Part shown: in pieces, positions 1 to 10,215 of the stretch
Layout of the letters: each line of letters opens with the position of its first letter
Numbering within the stretch: position 1 is the stretch's first letter
Origin: Minutocellus sp. GHC0000111
Lineage: Eukaryota
Length of the DNA: 64,000 nucleotides
NCBI GenBank assembly: GCA_977018835.1
Contig: OZ361257.1
Coordinates: forward strand, 1,612,001-1,676,000
Direction of reading: 5' to 3'
The notes under the pieces: generated by a model
The model's input: only the letters and a program-made list of their open reading frames with translations
What the model was told of the DNA's origin: nothing
The model's database searches: none
Made by a program: the position numbers and the translations under genes

Positions 1-2
1 AG

Positions 3-782
3 GCAGAAAATATTATGAAAGATGCACAGAGCGGGACGCTATCGGCCCCACTGGATATAATCTCGTTCAATGCATATCTGGACTGCTTGGCCCGAAATAG
101 TGCACCGGATGGATGTCAGAGAGTGACAAAAACATTTGCCCTGATGAAAGAGATCGGTGTGATGCCAACCAGAATTACATTCAATACAGCAATGAACTTA
201 TTGGCGAAAAGCAAAGATGAAGGTAGCGGCAGAATGGTTCTTCGTATCTTGAAGACGATGGAGACTTCAGATGACCCCAGTATCCATCCCAACGAACGAA
301 GTTACTCAGCTTGCATCAACGCTGTGGCGAGAAGTTCTGATCCTGATCGAGCCAAGGTGGCACATGAAATATACCAGCGATTGGAAAAGCCCACCACCCA
401 AGCCATCAATGGAGTACTAAGTGCATGCTCTTTCCTCCCAAAGGACAAGCAACAAAATGGGGTGAGTATTGCAATCAAACTGATTGATGAGTTGAAGCAA
501 AGAAGTGACATTTACCCTGATCACATCACTTTCTCGACGATGTTTAAAGTCATCGGTACAAGCATGCCGCGGAGTAAGGCGAGAAAAGAAATCGCTCGAT
601 CTATTTTCCATGAATGCTGCAAAGAGGGGCTTCTGAGTGAACTTGTGATTCGAAATATGAAGAAGTCAGTAACCCAATCTGTTTTTCGAGAATTGGTTCC
701 TCCTACAAACGATGGGAGTGATGACATTCCAAGCGAGTGGAGGCGGAATGTGAAGAGTGGAAACAGTCGGACGCAGCAGTAA
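3..782 (+). CDS. Pentatricopeptide repeat (PPR) protein, 5'-truncated by the window edge
   Basis: Repeated PPR-like ~35-aa motifs (DIISFNAYLDCLAR, PTRITFNTAMNLLAK, PNERSYSACINAVAR, PDHITFSTMFKVIG). The frame is open to the window start. Confidence 0.85.
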   Translation, partial: AENIMKDAQSGTLSAPLDIISFNAYLDCLARNSAPDGCQRVTKTFALMKEIGVMPTRITFNTAMNLLAKSKDEGSGRMVLRILKTMETSDDPSIHPNERSYSACINAVARSSDPDRAKVAHEIYQRLEKPTTQAINGVLSACSFLPKDKQQNGVSIAIKLIDELKQRSDIYPDHITFSTMFKVIGTSMPRSKARKEIARSIFHECCKEGLLSELVIRNMKKSVTQSVFRELVPPTNDGSDDIPSEWRRNVKSGNSRTQQ

Positions 783-917
783 TTGAGTATTATACAATAA
801 TGCTATTATTTGGTATTGGTATTTGAGACGGTAGCCAGCAGCTTAATTACATATTTTTTGCCAAGTAAGAAATAGTCTCGGCATGTACCATGGTATGTGT
901 CCATGCATTTTTCACAA

Positions 918-2451
918 CTATTTGGCGCTACCCAGAGAGGGAATTTCGCGCGCAATCCGTCTGACCAAAGTAATGTTGGAGAAAATGATGCGAAAGCCTT
1001 CCATCAGATTCGTCCCATCACCTCTATAAGGATCAGAAATCTCTCCCCCTTCGCCATGCTTGATTTCCCGAAGAGTACTTGTACCCTCCTCGATAGCGTC
1101 TCTTGCATGGTCGATAAAGCTCCATATGCCATGTTCAATCGCCTTGTTGCTCTGGTTCAGTGTCTGGTGGACACTCTCGGAGGCACGATTGGCAAAGGCG
1201 TTGAGATCCGAAGCAAACTGTTTGCTTGCCTTGCTCCAGCAATTGCGTTTGGCCTCCCAGAACTTGTTAAAGCTTGAAAATGTTTGCGAGGTGCCGCCCG
1301 CAGCATTGCGAGGTCTAGTAGTAGAGAAAAAAGATGAAGATGAGAATAAGGTTCCGGTCGAGTTGTTGCCATCATGATCTCCATCGTCGTCACTTGCAAA
1401 GGACCAAAACGCTTCTTCGAATTTGCGTGAAAAGCTCTTGAAGCGCTTTCGGATTCTGGAAGATGAATTTTGTAGATTGTCTCTCATCTCGCTGCCACAG
1501 CTACCAAGAGACACTGATGCCTTCGCCTTGATGTAGCAAAGTGAATGGAGTGGCTTCCTCCTCCTTATCGCGATCGCCAAACAGAGGAGGAGCATTTGTT
1601 TGTGCAACACCAGTACGAGTTGCCACATTTGCGTTACGACCTTCCACCTTCTTTAGTTGGCGTAATTCAGCTAGTTCGGCCTCGAGCCGTAGAGCCGATC
1701 TGCGCCACGTGGATGCCAGGACCGTAACTCCCATGAAAAAAACGGCGAAGCTAACGAGCACGATGGTATCACGCTTTCTGTTATGCTTCTGCTGATTGGT
1801 GCTGGAAGCTTGGCGAAACGTCGTTGCATTGACCACACCAACACCTCGGATACTGCGGATGTTGCTAGGGATGGTATCGGGGATGGAAAGATCATCGTTC
1901 TCGCCTGTGACACTGCCAGTCGAAGCTGGATTCGGTCCAGGAAGAAGAAGCCCGTCGATGGCATCATCTTCATCATCGGCGTCAGGACCTAGACTGCTCA
2001 GAATGGTCTGCCCGTCAAAAGTAACCCCATTTGTTCCAGACAGGGAAGAGACGCCAATCTCCTGGTTGATGGAGTTGATGTCGAGGCCAGACAGGTTGTT
2101 GGCAATGGCCGTATCTTCAAGATCGTGCCCTCCAAGTGACACGATGGCCCATGGCTCGTCAGGCGGTTCGTCCGAAAGGACAGTTTCGAGATTCGATACA
2201 CTATCGCTACCTCCATCCTCTGCCACGACCGGGCGGCTATCAGCAGCGGTCCCAGAGGACGCGTCGCTGTCGGTCTCTTCCGTGCGGGTTAGCATGGTTG
2301 CTTCCTGGACGGTACTGGAAGCTGGAAGTCGCGAAGTGGGTCTCAAAAGAATTGGCTGTTGCAAGCGCTCTTGTTTCTTTTTGTGCTGGCAGACGTTTGT
2401 GGTGGTTTGCGCCACAGCCGTAGAAAGCACCACATGCTGAGAGCTGACCAT
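918..2451 (-). pseudogene. Hypothetical single-pass membrane protein with an apparent frameshift near 1535
   Basis: ORF 2451-1501 (acidic N-terminus, one TM helix, coiled coil) overlaps ORF 1628-918 in another frame (CYIKAKASVSLGSCG...). I found no GT-AG intron joining them. Confidence 0.55.
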
Positions 2452-2599
2452 GACCGGCGCGCCGGTGCCCTCACCTGGCTCACGAGCTCACTATTCGACT
2501 ACTAGGAAAATTGGAGGAGACATCGAAACAGATTGGAAACGCCATGATGCCCCTTGTTTAAATAAGTGTCGTTAATAGGAACATAAACAATACAAGACG

Positions 2600-3907
2600 A
2601 TGGCCGCCGCTGCTGCAACATGTGGCAAGATCATCACAGCACTTCTGGTAGCGCTCCTTTCCTTCCTCATTGCAAAACTCAGCAACTATGAAGGGCGATC
2701 CAACACCCCAGCGCCGCCGGAAGCCATACCCATCTGGAAGAAGTCGGACCTTACCATCTTCAATCGAATCATCGAGTACATGTTCCCACTGATCGCTCCG
2801 GTTGGAAGTATGGTGAAATGTCCAGTTGCTGACGACAGCATTGATCCGCATTGCATGGAAAAAGCTCGGGCGGCCATCAAAGGGGGGAGTGCGGGTCCCT
2901 GGCAGACCATGTTGGATGCTGGCAACCATCGCGAGACGGCGATTGTTATTGATCATGGGAAGGAGGAAAGCAACGGACGACCACCATTGGAAGTGGTGCT
3001 GGTCCAACCCATTAATGCAACGGTATCAGAATTAGCCAACCTACCGCTAATTGTTTGGCTTCATGGAGGAGGCTTCGTCACTGGAGCAGCTCGAGATTCG
3101 TACATGCTAGGATTGATGCAGGGTCTGGCGGAGAAGGGGAACATTCCGTACGACAAGGTGGTGTGGGCATCTATCGAATATCCCCGTGCTCCCGAATACA
3201 AGTATCCAGCAGCCCCTGATGCCTGTCTCCGTGCAATTCAATACTTGATCAGGGAATATCAGCTCATTGACGATAATAATGAAAATAATGCAGGAGGAGC
3301 AAGCATCCACCTAGGCGGTGGAGGTTTGCACATCGGAGGAGCCTCAGCAGGCGCAACTCTGAGCTTAATTGTGGGACAAAAGGCTATACAAGAGGGAATT
3401 CGCATCGATTCGTTATTGTTGGACACGCTCGTCTTGCCGATACCAGCGGATCAAAGGAGTGATTCATCGCCGAGTGTCTTTGATTCGCCGTCGTATCGAC
3501 GAAATTTCTACACACGTGTACCGCCGGTGGATTGGTCCATCTGGTTCGTTGCAGCCTTGACGGGTTGTGAGACGACAGATGCCATCAACTCCCAGCAGTG
3601 CCGACAGGACGTGTTTGCTGGAAATACTCTTTCTGCTGAGCATTGGCAACAATTGACCGACTTGCCGCCGGTAGTTGTCGTGACTGATACAGGATGCACC
3701 TTCCGCGACACTGCCCTTCCATTCATTGAAATGTACAAGAGCCTTGCAGGAGAAGACAAGATTCGGCACATTGAAGCGAAATCGAGTCATTCTCTTCACC
3801 TGTTGTTTGATACTGATGCAAGCGAACAAATTGCGAAATTGTGGGGAGGTCAAATATCAAGTAGAAGCTGCAGTTTCGAGTCGTCAAACCCGTCATTTGT
3901 CGAGTAA
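2600..3907 (+). CDS. Alpha/beta hydrolase of the hormone-sensitive-lipase (Abhydrolase_3) type with an N-terminal anchor
   Basis: WLHGGGFV oxyanion motif, IEYPRAPEYKYPAA, GASAG nucleophile elbow, C-terminal His (SSHSL) and an N-terminal hydrophobic segment. Confidence 0.85.
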   Translation: MAAAAATCGKIITALLVALLSFLIAKLSNYEGRSNTPAPPEAIPIWKKSDLTIFNRIIEYMFPLIAPVGSMVKCPVADDSIDPHCMEKARAAIKGGSAGPWQTMLDAGNHRETAIVIDHGKEESNGRPPLEVVLVQPINATVSELANLPLIVWLHGGGFVTGAARDSYMLGLMQGLAEKGNIPYDKVVWASIEYPRAPEYKYPAAPDACLRAIQYLIREYQLIDDNNENNAGGASIHLGGGGLHIGGASAGATLSLIVGQKAIQEGIRIDSLLLDTLVLPIPADQRSDSSPSVFDSPSYRRNFYTRVPPVDWSIWFVAALTGCETTDAINSQQCRQDVFAGNTLSAEHWQQLTDLPPVVVVTDTGCTFRDTALPFIEMYKSLAGEDKIRHIEAKSSHSLHLLFDTDASEQIAKLWGGQISSRSCSFESSNPSFVE

Positions 3908-3914
3908 GGATCCC

Positions 3915-3975
3915 TACGTAGCTACATGTAGCTAGACTACATGTACTAGGACCTAGCTAGAGCGAGCTACCGGTA
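3915..3975. repeat. Chain of TA-linked micro-palindromes
   Basis: TA-CG-TA-GC-TA-CATG-TA-GC-TA-GAC-TA-CATG-TA-C-TA-GGACC-TA-GC-TA, then TACCGGTA. Confidence 0.8.
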
Positions 3976-4271
3976 CGTGGGATTTATATGATGTAAGCTC
4001 TGATATGTTTTATCATTGAATTTAGGAAGGGCAATTCTTACAGTAATGCCAGTACCGGTATTATCGACCGAGGAGGTCGTGGTTTCGTCGCGTCGTCATC
4101 GTCAGCCGGACGGGGCGGGTCTCCGGGCGGACTGTCGATGACGTCATTTGGACCTCGCGGAGCGGAACGGAGCAACATGGCATCATCGGCTCCATCCGGC
4201 GCCGCGTGTTACCGGCCGGTACAGCGTGCGTGCATCAGCCCATTTTTGCAACCGTCCGACGGCTACCTACC

Positions 4272-5042
4272 ATGTCCCTCAACTTTGTATCGTCGGCGGT
4301 CCTTACCTCAACAGATGGCGTCTCTCACAATGAGGAGAAGGCTGTGGAAAGTACCGAGGCCGATTCGGTCCGTCGGCAGCAGCAGGCAGGAGGCCACAGG
4401 CCTCTGTTCGAGCAGCTCCGCTCCAACGCCGACGCGGCCCAAGAGGAAAGGGATGCAGCCGCCAAGGCCATGAGGGGTACCCGCACCCTCGACGAGGAGG
4501 ACTGTGCACATCTGGATTCGATCGAGAGACGGCGCATGGAGCGCGATGCGGCAGTTCGGCGGGGAATGGAGGATGAAGTCGCCGCATTTCGCGCCGCTCG
4601 GGCTGAGCGGATGGCCGAGGGCTCGACCGAGCTGCTGGACGAGGAGGGAGGAGACATCGGCGGTGCTGAGGTTGGTCCGAAAATTGCTGCTACCAATCCA
4701 TCGATTGCTGTTGCACACGGTACCGACGAAGCAAATGCGCCGTCTCTTGCGACACTGGCCCAAAAGGTTGTCATCAAGAAGAAGCGGAAGCGCCAGCCGA
4801 ATGGACAGTCTGCATCCGGTACCACGAACACTAATAATAGTAGTAATGATGGAGATGCGGCTTCTAAGCGTCCAAAGGATGCAGACAAAGACGTGGATAT
4901 CGAAAAGGATGGTAGTGATACAAAAAAGGAGGTCAGTCAAAATGACGGAAATGATAAAAGTGACAGCGATAGTGCTGATGAGGGTGCGGGCGGTCTGGGA
5001 GCGCTATTGGGAGGTTATGGGTCAGATTCTGATAGCGACTAA
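4272..5042 (+). CDS. FAM192A/NIP30/PSME3IP1 (Fyv6)-like nuclear protein
   Basis: N-terminal FVSS...RPLFEQLRSN...R.LDEED..HLD.IE pattern, basic NLS KKKRKR and C-terminal LGALLGGYGSDSDSD. Confidence 0.75.
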   Translation: MSLNFVSSAVLTSTDGVSHNEEKAVESTEADSVRRQQQAGGHRPLFEQLRSNADAAQEERDAAAKAMRGTRTLDEEDCAHLDSIERRRMERDAAVRRGMEDEVAAFRAARAERMAEGSTELLDEEGGDIGGAEVGPKIAATNPSIAVAHGTDEANAPSLATLAQKVVIKKKRKRQPNGQSASGTTNTNNSSNDGDAASKRPKDADKDVDIEKDGSDTKKEVSQNDGNDKSDSDSADEGAGGLGALLGGYGSDSDSD

Positions 5043-5110
5043 AATATGAATAGGACGATTGCTTGCTCCAGCTACGTAGCTACAGTAATGTATGGTGCTC
5101 ATATCTCCAC

Positions 5111-7102
5111 CTATTGTTCATTATTCGCCGTGCCTGCCTCAAAGGTCTCTACCATCTTCGAACGATGCTTCTGGCCTCCTGGAACATAGGCACAGGTTTG
5201 AAGCCAGTGCGATGTAAATGACTCCCAAGTTTCTCCCTCGGTCAGTAACTCAATATCATCCTTCTCGGGAGCATTGTCCAACTCACATGTGTAGTCAACT
5301 AACGGACTCAGAGCGGTAACAGACCGAGGAACTTGCTCGAGTGTCTCTTCGATGATATCAGTGGGCACTACCCAACCAGTTTCAGCTGCTCGCTTTTCAG
5401 CTCTCTCAAAGACCGCCTCTTTCGGTGCAACAATGTGCAAAATAGCAATTTTCAGAGAGGGAAAATCATTGCGCAATCGCTCAATGTACCGCTGGTGCCA
5501 ATTGCTATCTCGAAGTGTCCCGTCAATCAGAACATTCATACCGCGTTGCAGAGCAGAGAGTGCGATAATTTCCCCGATGTAGCCCACTTCCTTTCTAGTC
5601 ATCTTCTCTGCTAGTGTCGGGCATTGGTCCACATACATCATGAATTCTGGCAGCCTTTCTCGAATAGCCTCTGGGTCGACAAAGATGAAGGCATTAAGAG
5701 GAAAGCGGCCCTTCTCCTTCAATGCTTTGATTGTATGGCTCTTCCCTGCACCTTGTGCACCTGCAGTAAACACTAGCCAGGGCTCCGTCGGTGTCGTACA
5801 GGTGTTACCATTGACATCTGTGAGCTGCGCCGTTTTCAATATGTCATTGATGATTGCATCCTGAAGCCATTGGCGTTCTTTTTTATAGTTGCTGTGGTAG
5901 TCATAATCCAACATGGCCCGGATGTGTGAGTAGGGCCCATAAAACGACATGTCTTCACTCTTGAAATTCTCTTCGGTTGATGCTCGCACCGAAATACTCC
6001 GATTACGAGCCCGTATCGGTGGTGGGGCAACCCGAAATGCTTCTCGAGACGCTTCCTCTTTTTCCAAAGTGGTGAAAACTGGCGGCAACGAAGACTGATC
6101 TGCCGTTGCGTCATTTTCGGGATCTTGGCTACCACGCAAATTTTGACGAAAGTGCCGCGAGGAAAACGGTTTCTTCTTCCTATTGCCAGGAACATAAGCG
6201 CAGGTCTGAAGCCAATTCGACTGGAAGCTGTCCCAATCTTGGTCTGCAGTATTCATTTCAATATCAGGCCCGAGACCATTGTTCAATTCACAATAATAAT
6301 CGGCTAGCGGTGCCAATATTTTGACTGACTTTGGTACTTGTTCCAATGCCTTTTCCAAAACTTCTTGAGGCACAACTCGGCCCGTCTTCTTTGCCCTCTC
6401 GGCTGCACGCTCAAACACTGCTTCCCTCGGTGCCACGACATGAATAATAGCAATCTTGTATATGGGATATTCCTTTCGTATAAACGCAAAGTATTTCTGA
6501 TACCACTGGTGGTCTCTCAGGGAACCGTCCACAAGTACATTCTTTCCAGCCTGCAAGCCAACCAAGGTAAGGATCTCCGCGACGAAACCAGCCTCCTTAT
6601 GCGTAAGCTCACCCGCCAACAGTGGACACTTTTCCGCATAAAGGCTAAACTCTGGAAATCTTCTTCGTATCTCATCTGGATCCACAGTCACAAAGGCCAG
6701 GAGAGGGAAAAGGCCCTTCTTCACCAATTCATGGATTGTATGTCCCTTGCCAGCTCCCATTGCACCGGCCGTAAAGACCAGCCAGGGATCCGTCGGCGTT
6801 GTGCAGACATTGCCATTCACATCCTTGATCGACACATCCTTCAAGAACTCGTCGATGATGGAATCCTGCAGGAACTGTCGTTCCTTTGTGTAGTTGCTGT
6901 GGTAGGTGTAATCGAGTGCCCTTCGGATGTGAGCATACGGGCCGTAAAAGGCTTGATCATCGTCGGACTTATTGTTCTCCTCGGTCGAACGAAATACCGA
7001 GAACTGACGTTTGCATTTGCCTCCCAAAGGCGAAGGCAACGAGGTCGACGTCGGTGCTGCCTGTTCCACCAATACCTGTCCATCTGTGTTTTTTGTTGAC
7101 AT
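5111..7102 (-). CDS. Protein of two tandem zeta-toxin-like P-loop kinase domains
   Basis: Two near-colinear halves, each with WLVFTAGAxGAGKxH, VDPD/E, NVLxDGxLRD, R...RA..TG..VP and WLQTCAYVPG. Confidence 0.8.
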   Translation of the reverse strand: MSTKNTDGQVLVEQAAPTSTSLPSPLGGKCKRQFSVFRSTEENNKSDDDQAFYGPYAHIRRALDYTYHSNYTKERQFLQDSIIDEFLKDVSIKDVNGNVCTTPTDPWLVFTAGAMGAGKGHTIHELVKKGLFPLLAFVTVDPDEIRRRFPEFSLYAEKCPLLAGELTHKEAGFVAEILTLVGLQAGKNVLVDGSLRDHQWYQKYFAFIRKEYPIYKIAIIHVVAPREAVFERAAERAKKTGRVVPQEVLEKALEQVPKSVKILAPLADYYCELNNGLGPDIEMNTADQDWDSFQSNWLQTCAYVPGNRKKKPFSSRHFRQNLRGSQDPENDATADQSSLPPVFTTLEKEEASREAFRVAPPPIRARNRSISVRASTEENFKSEDMSFYGPYSHIRAMLDYDYHSNYKKERQWLQDAIINDILKTAQLTDVNGNTCTTPTEPWLVFTAGAQGAGKSHTIKALKEKGRFPLNAFIFVDPEAIRERLPEFMMYVDQCPTLAEKMTRKEVGYIGEIIALSALQRGMNVLIDGTLRDSNWHQRYIERLRNDFPSLKIAILHIVAPKEAVFERAEKRAAETGWVVPTDIIEETLEQVPRSVTALSPLVDYTCELDNAPEKDDIELLTEGETWESFTSHWLQTCAYVPGGQKHRSKMVETFEAGTANNEQ

Positions 7103-7317
7103 TGTCGTCTTTGTTTAGCTGGGAATATGCGGAGAGTGTGAAGAAGAGCCGCGAGGTCCGAAGAAGATTCGATGATGATTCAAGAAAAATGCAACTGACT
7201 GAGAAAAAAAAGTGCAAAGAGCACTTTTGCAGGTGGCGGCGGACAGAGGACAGACCGAAGCATGAACCGCCGCGCGCATCCGATCCCCTCATTTTTTTCG
7301 AGCCTGCCAAAAGCAAG

Positions 7318-8358
7318 ATGGCCGATCCAGCGCCTTCGATCGAATGTTCCAGCCAGCCTCTGGGCCTGTCCTTTCACCCCACCCGACGTCTCGTCGCTGC
7401 AGGCTTGGTCGATGGCAGTGTTGAATTCCATGACTACAACGACTGGCCAGAGAGGATGGCCAAGGCCAAGGAGACGAAGATGGACACAAAGAAAATGGGT
7501 GGTTCCAGCGACGACGATGATAGCGGCAAAGACGACGACGAGGAAGATGATACTATATTGGCCGCACTTCCAGCTCACGTTAACGACATCGGCGCAAAGA
7601 CCAAGCAGAAGCCATCGTGCCGATCTGTGCTCTTTTCCGAGGCTCATGACGGTACGAGATTGTACGCGGCTGGAAATGGTGGCGGTCTGACCGCGATCGA
7701 CGTCGAACGGATATGCTCCTCCTCATTGTCCGACCTGATGGAGGCAACGTCGAATGATGACGATGAATGGCGCCAAAGATTTGAGCTGTGGAACATTGGC
7801 GGTGCCAGCCCGAACGGGATCAATAGACTGTTCCAGCTGCCTGAGAGCAGTCCTGCGGGACGTCTCCTCGCAACATGCGATGATGAGGGAGTTGTTCGAT
7901 TGTGGGATGAACGCATGTGTGGTGGCGGCGGTGGAAGTAGCGCTGCAGCGGCTGCTGCGTCAAGTGCCGGCGTTGATGCACCACCCAAGGGTTGCGTCTT
8001 GTCCTGGTCGGATCAAAAGGACTACATCAGCGGCTTTGATGCTCACAAGGATGGCAATACTCTGCTCGCTAGTTCTGCGGATTGCACATTAGGAGTTTAC
8101 GATGTTCGCAAGTCGGCGGTGAACAATAGCGCGAAGCCCAACAAGGCGCCGGCCCCTCGTCTATCTGATGATCAGGAAGACGAGTTGTTGAGTGTCTGCA
8201 CGATAAAACACGGTAGGAAGGTTGTGTGTGGAAGTGACCAAGGTGTGCTCAATGACTCTGATAGTGATGATTCTGATAGTGACGATGACGACAATAGAGG
8301 CGGGAAAAAGCCACGATTGTTCAAGACGGAAGCTGAGAAATTCTTCGAGGACTTGTAA
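7318..8358 (+). pseudogene. WDR55: WDR55/JIP5-like WD40 protein with an apparent in-frame internal deletion of the last WD repeats
   Basis: LSFHP...LVAAGLVDG, DDEGVVRLWD, DYIS, SDDQEDELLS..IKHGRKVVCG and C-terminal FFEDL. The sequence jumps from QGVLN straight into the acidic tail. Confidence 0.7.
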
Positions 8359-8614
8359 TCGTAATCGTAACGTAATCAACAGCATCTTGTTTCTAATACA
8401 CTAAAGATTATCATTACATAGAATTAGCATTCAATCAAACCAGTACAAATCCAACTGAGGAAGCAGCGATGAAATCGACATTTCGTCGCTTCTAAATCTC
8501 ATCGAAGCCATCACTCGACACGCTGCCGACGTCGTTATCATCTGGATTCCAATCGCTATTTTCAATGAAGTCATCTGTTGATAGAGAGACTGATATAGCA
8601 GGATTTTGTCTCAA

Positions 8615-10066
8615 TTAGTCCTCAACACTATAGGGAGCATTTTCATCCAGCGGAGGGAGGTTCGATCTCCTCTTTTGAGATGCCTTCTTTCCGAAACGAG
8701 TTTTGTTGAGATTTTGAGCCACGCTTGTTAAGTCACTATCGACGGAGGCGATGGATGGTACCGACAATTGACACTCCATTGAGTCCTCACTTGAAACCAT
8801 GGACAATCCATCGTTAAGGATGACAGTGTCAGGAGTTCCTTGTTCGTTACCTTCTACAAGCGGTGACTTTTTATGACCATGCTTTGGAGGTGGTGAGGTC
8901 CGTGCTAGAAAGTCATTCAGCGGTGAAGAGGGAGGCACTTGTTCGCAAGTTATGACGTGAGTAAAATCCATGCTGCCATTCTTGCCATCTCCTGCAGCCA
9001 TGTCCTTGCGCATGTCATCACTATCGTCATCCAAAACTGTATCATCGAGATCCTCGAATTCTCTCATGGGATGAGAGTTCTTTCTTGATCGCAACTTGGA
9101 AACCAGAGCAGCCACAACAAATATTGTCATTGCACCACCAACGGCTACGCCCACAAAGATGGTTGTAAAGGCGTAATCATTGGGGGAGACATCTCCTTCC
9201 TCGCTCTTGACCCAGCCATCAATAGTGGTGGCACCACCATTTACAACATCTTTGATTGTCGGCGTGGACGTTGTCTCTGCTTGCCCCTGCTCGTTCTCGT
9301 ATACCTCTTCAGCCTTCTTCACCCCGTTGATATTTTCAATATATTTGACGCTACTGATGGACGAAAAGTCGGCCGTCGATCCGCCAATCTGATTCCTTCC
9401 ACCCAGCTTAGGCATCTGAAGCCCTGAAAGCATATCGTTCTCAATGGCCTGCCGAATAATCGACGCCACCATGCTTGTAGTGGGGGTGTTCCCATTCACT
9501 GGGACGAGGAATTCCGCCTCACCGCCTTCGATCTCCAGAATGGTATGAGAGGCCATCGTCGACACCAAGGCAGAATCGGTATTTTCGTCGCCGTCGACAT
9601 CCTCGGCAGAATCTTCTTGGATATCGTTGCTCTCCCTTCGCGGAGTATCCAAATCATGCGTCAACGACCTCCTCATCTTGCCGCGCAGAGCTCGGCTGCC
9701 CTCCTCGGAACCTGGTACAAACCAGGATTTGATACCCAAAAGACTGAGCGAATCGAACGTCGTGCCGTCCTCGTACTCGGTCGCCGTCTGGAAGGACCAG
9801 TCCAACATATCCTCGGTAGAATCCAACAAGATGACGTTCTCGTCCTCATCGAACTCGTGGTCGGTCGGGCTAAGGACGACGTAGAATTTTGGAATCTCCA
9901 CCCTGGCAGGCAAGCGCATGTCGAGAGAACCATTGGTAATGTCTCCAGAAGACTCCAAATCTCGGTTGCGACGAGAAGCGGCTTCGGTCGTGGAAGGTGA
10001 AATGGTGAGACCCAGAACAAGGAGTAGCCCCAACACACGCATGGGCGAAGATGCGTGTTGTATCAT
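8615..10066 (-). CDS. Hypothetical type I membrane protein (signal peptide, RxL motifs, one TM, acidic tail), possibly with a premature stop
   Basis: 483-aa ORF with signal peptide VLGLLLVLGLTISP and TM IFVGVAVGGAMTIFVVAALV. The frame continues 40 codons past the TAA at 8617-8615. Confidence 0.7.
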   Translation of the reverse strand: MIQHASSPMRVLGLLLVLGLTISPSTTEAASRRNRDLESSGDITNGSLDMRLPARVEIPKFYVVLSPTDHEFDEDENVILLDSTEDMLDWSFQTATEYEDGTTFDSLSLLGIKSWFVPGSEEGSRALRGKMRRSLTHDLDTPRRESNDIQEDSAEDVDGDENTDSALVSTMASHTILEIEGGEAEFLVPVNGNTPTTSMVASIIRQAIENDMLSGLQMPKLGGRNQIGGSTADFSSISSVKYIENINGVKKAEEVYENEQGQAETTSTPTIKDVVNGGATTIDGWVKSEEGDVSPNDYAFTTIFVGVAVGGAMTIFVVAALVSKLRSRKNSHPMREFEDLDDTVLDDDSDDMRKDMAAGDGKNGSMDFTHVITCEQVPPSSPLNDFLARTSPPPKHGHKKSPLVEGNEQGTPDTVILNDGLSMVSSEDSMECQLSVPSIASVDSDLTSVAQNLNKTRFGKKASQKRRSNLPPLDENAPYSVED

Positions 10067-10215
10067 GATGTGAGTTGAGTTTGAGCTGATAGGTTCAGGA
10101 AAGGCCAGGGCAAGGAAGAATACGAGGGATGGAAAGGCCAGTAATGTAGGAATCCGCTTGTCTGATTGAACGAAATTCGTCTCTGGTCACGCTGCTGGTT
10201 GCTACTGCAAATCTA

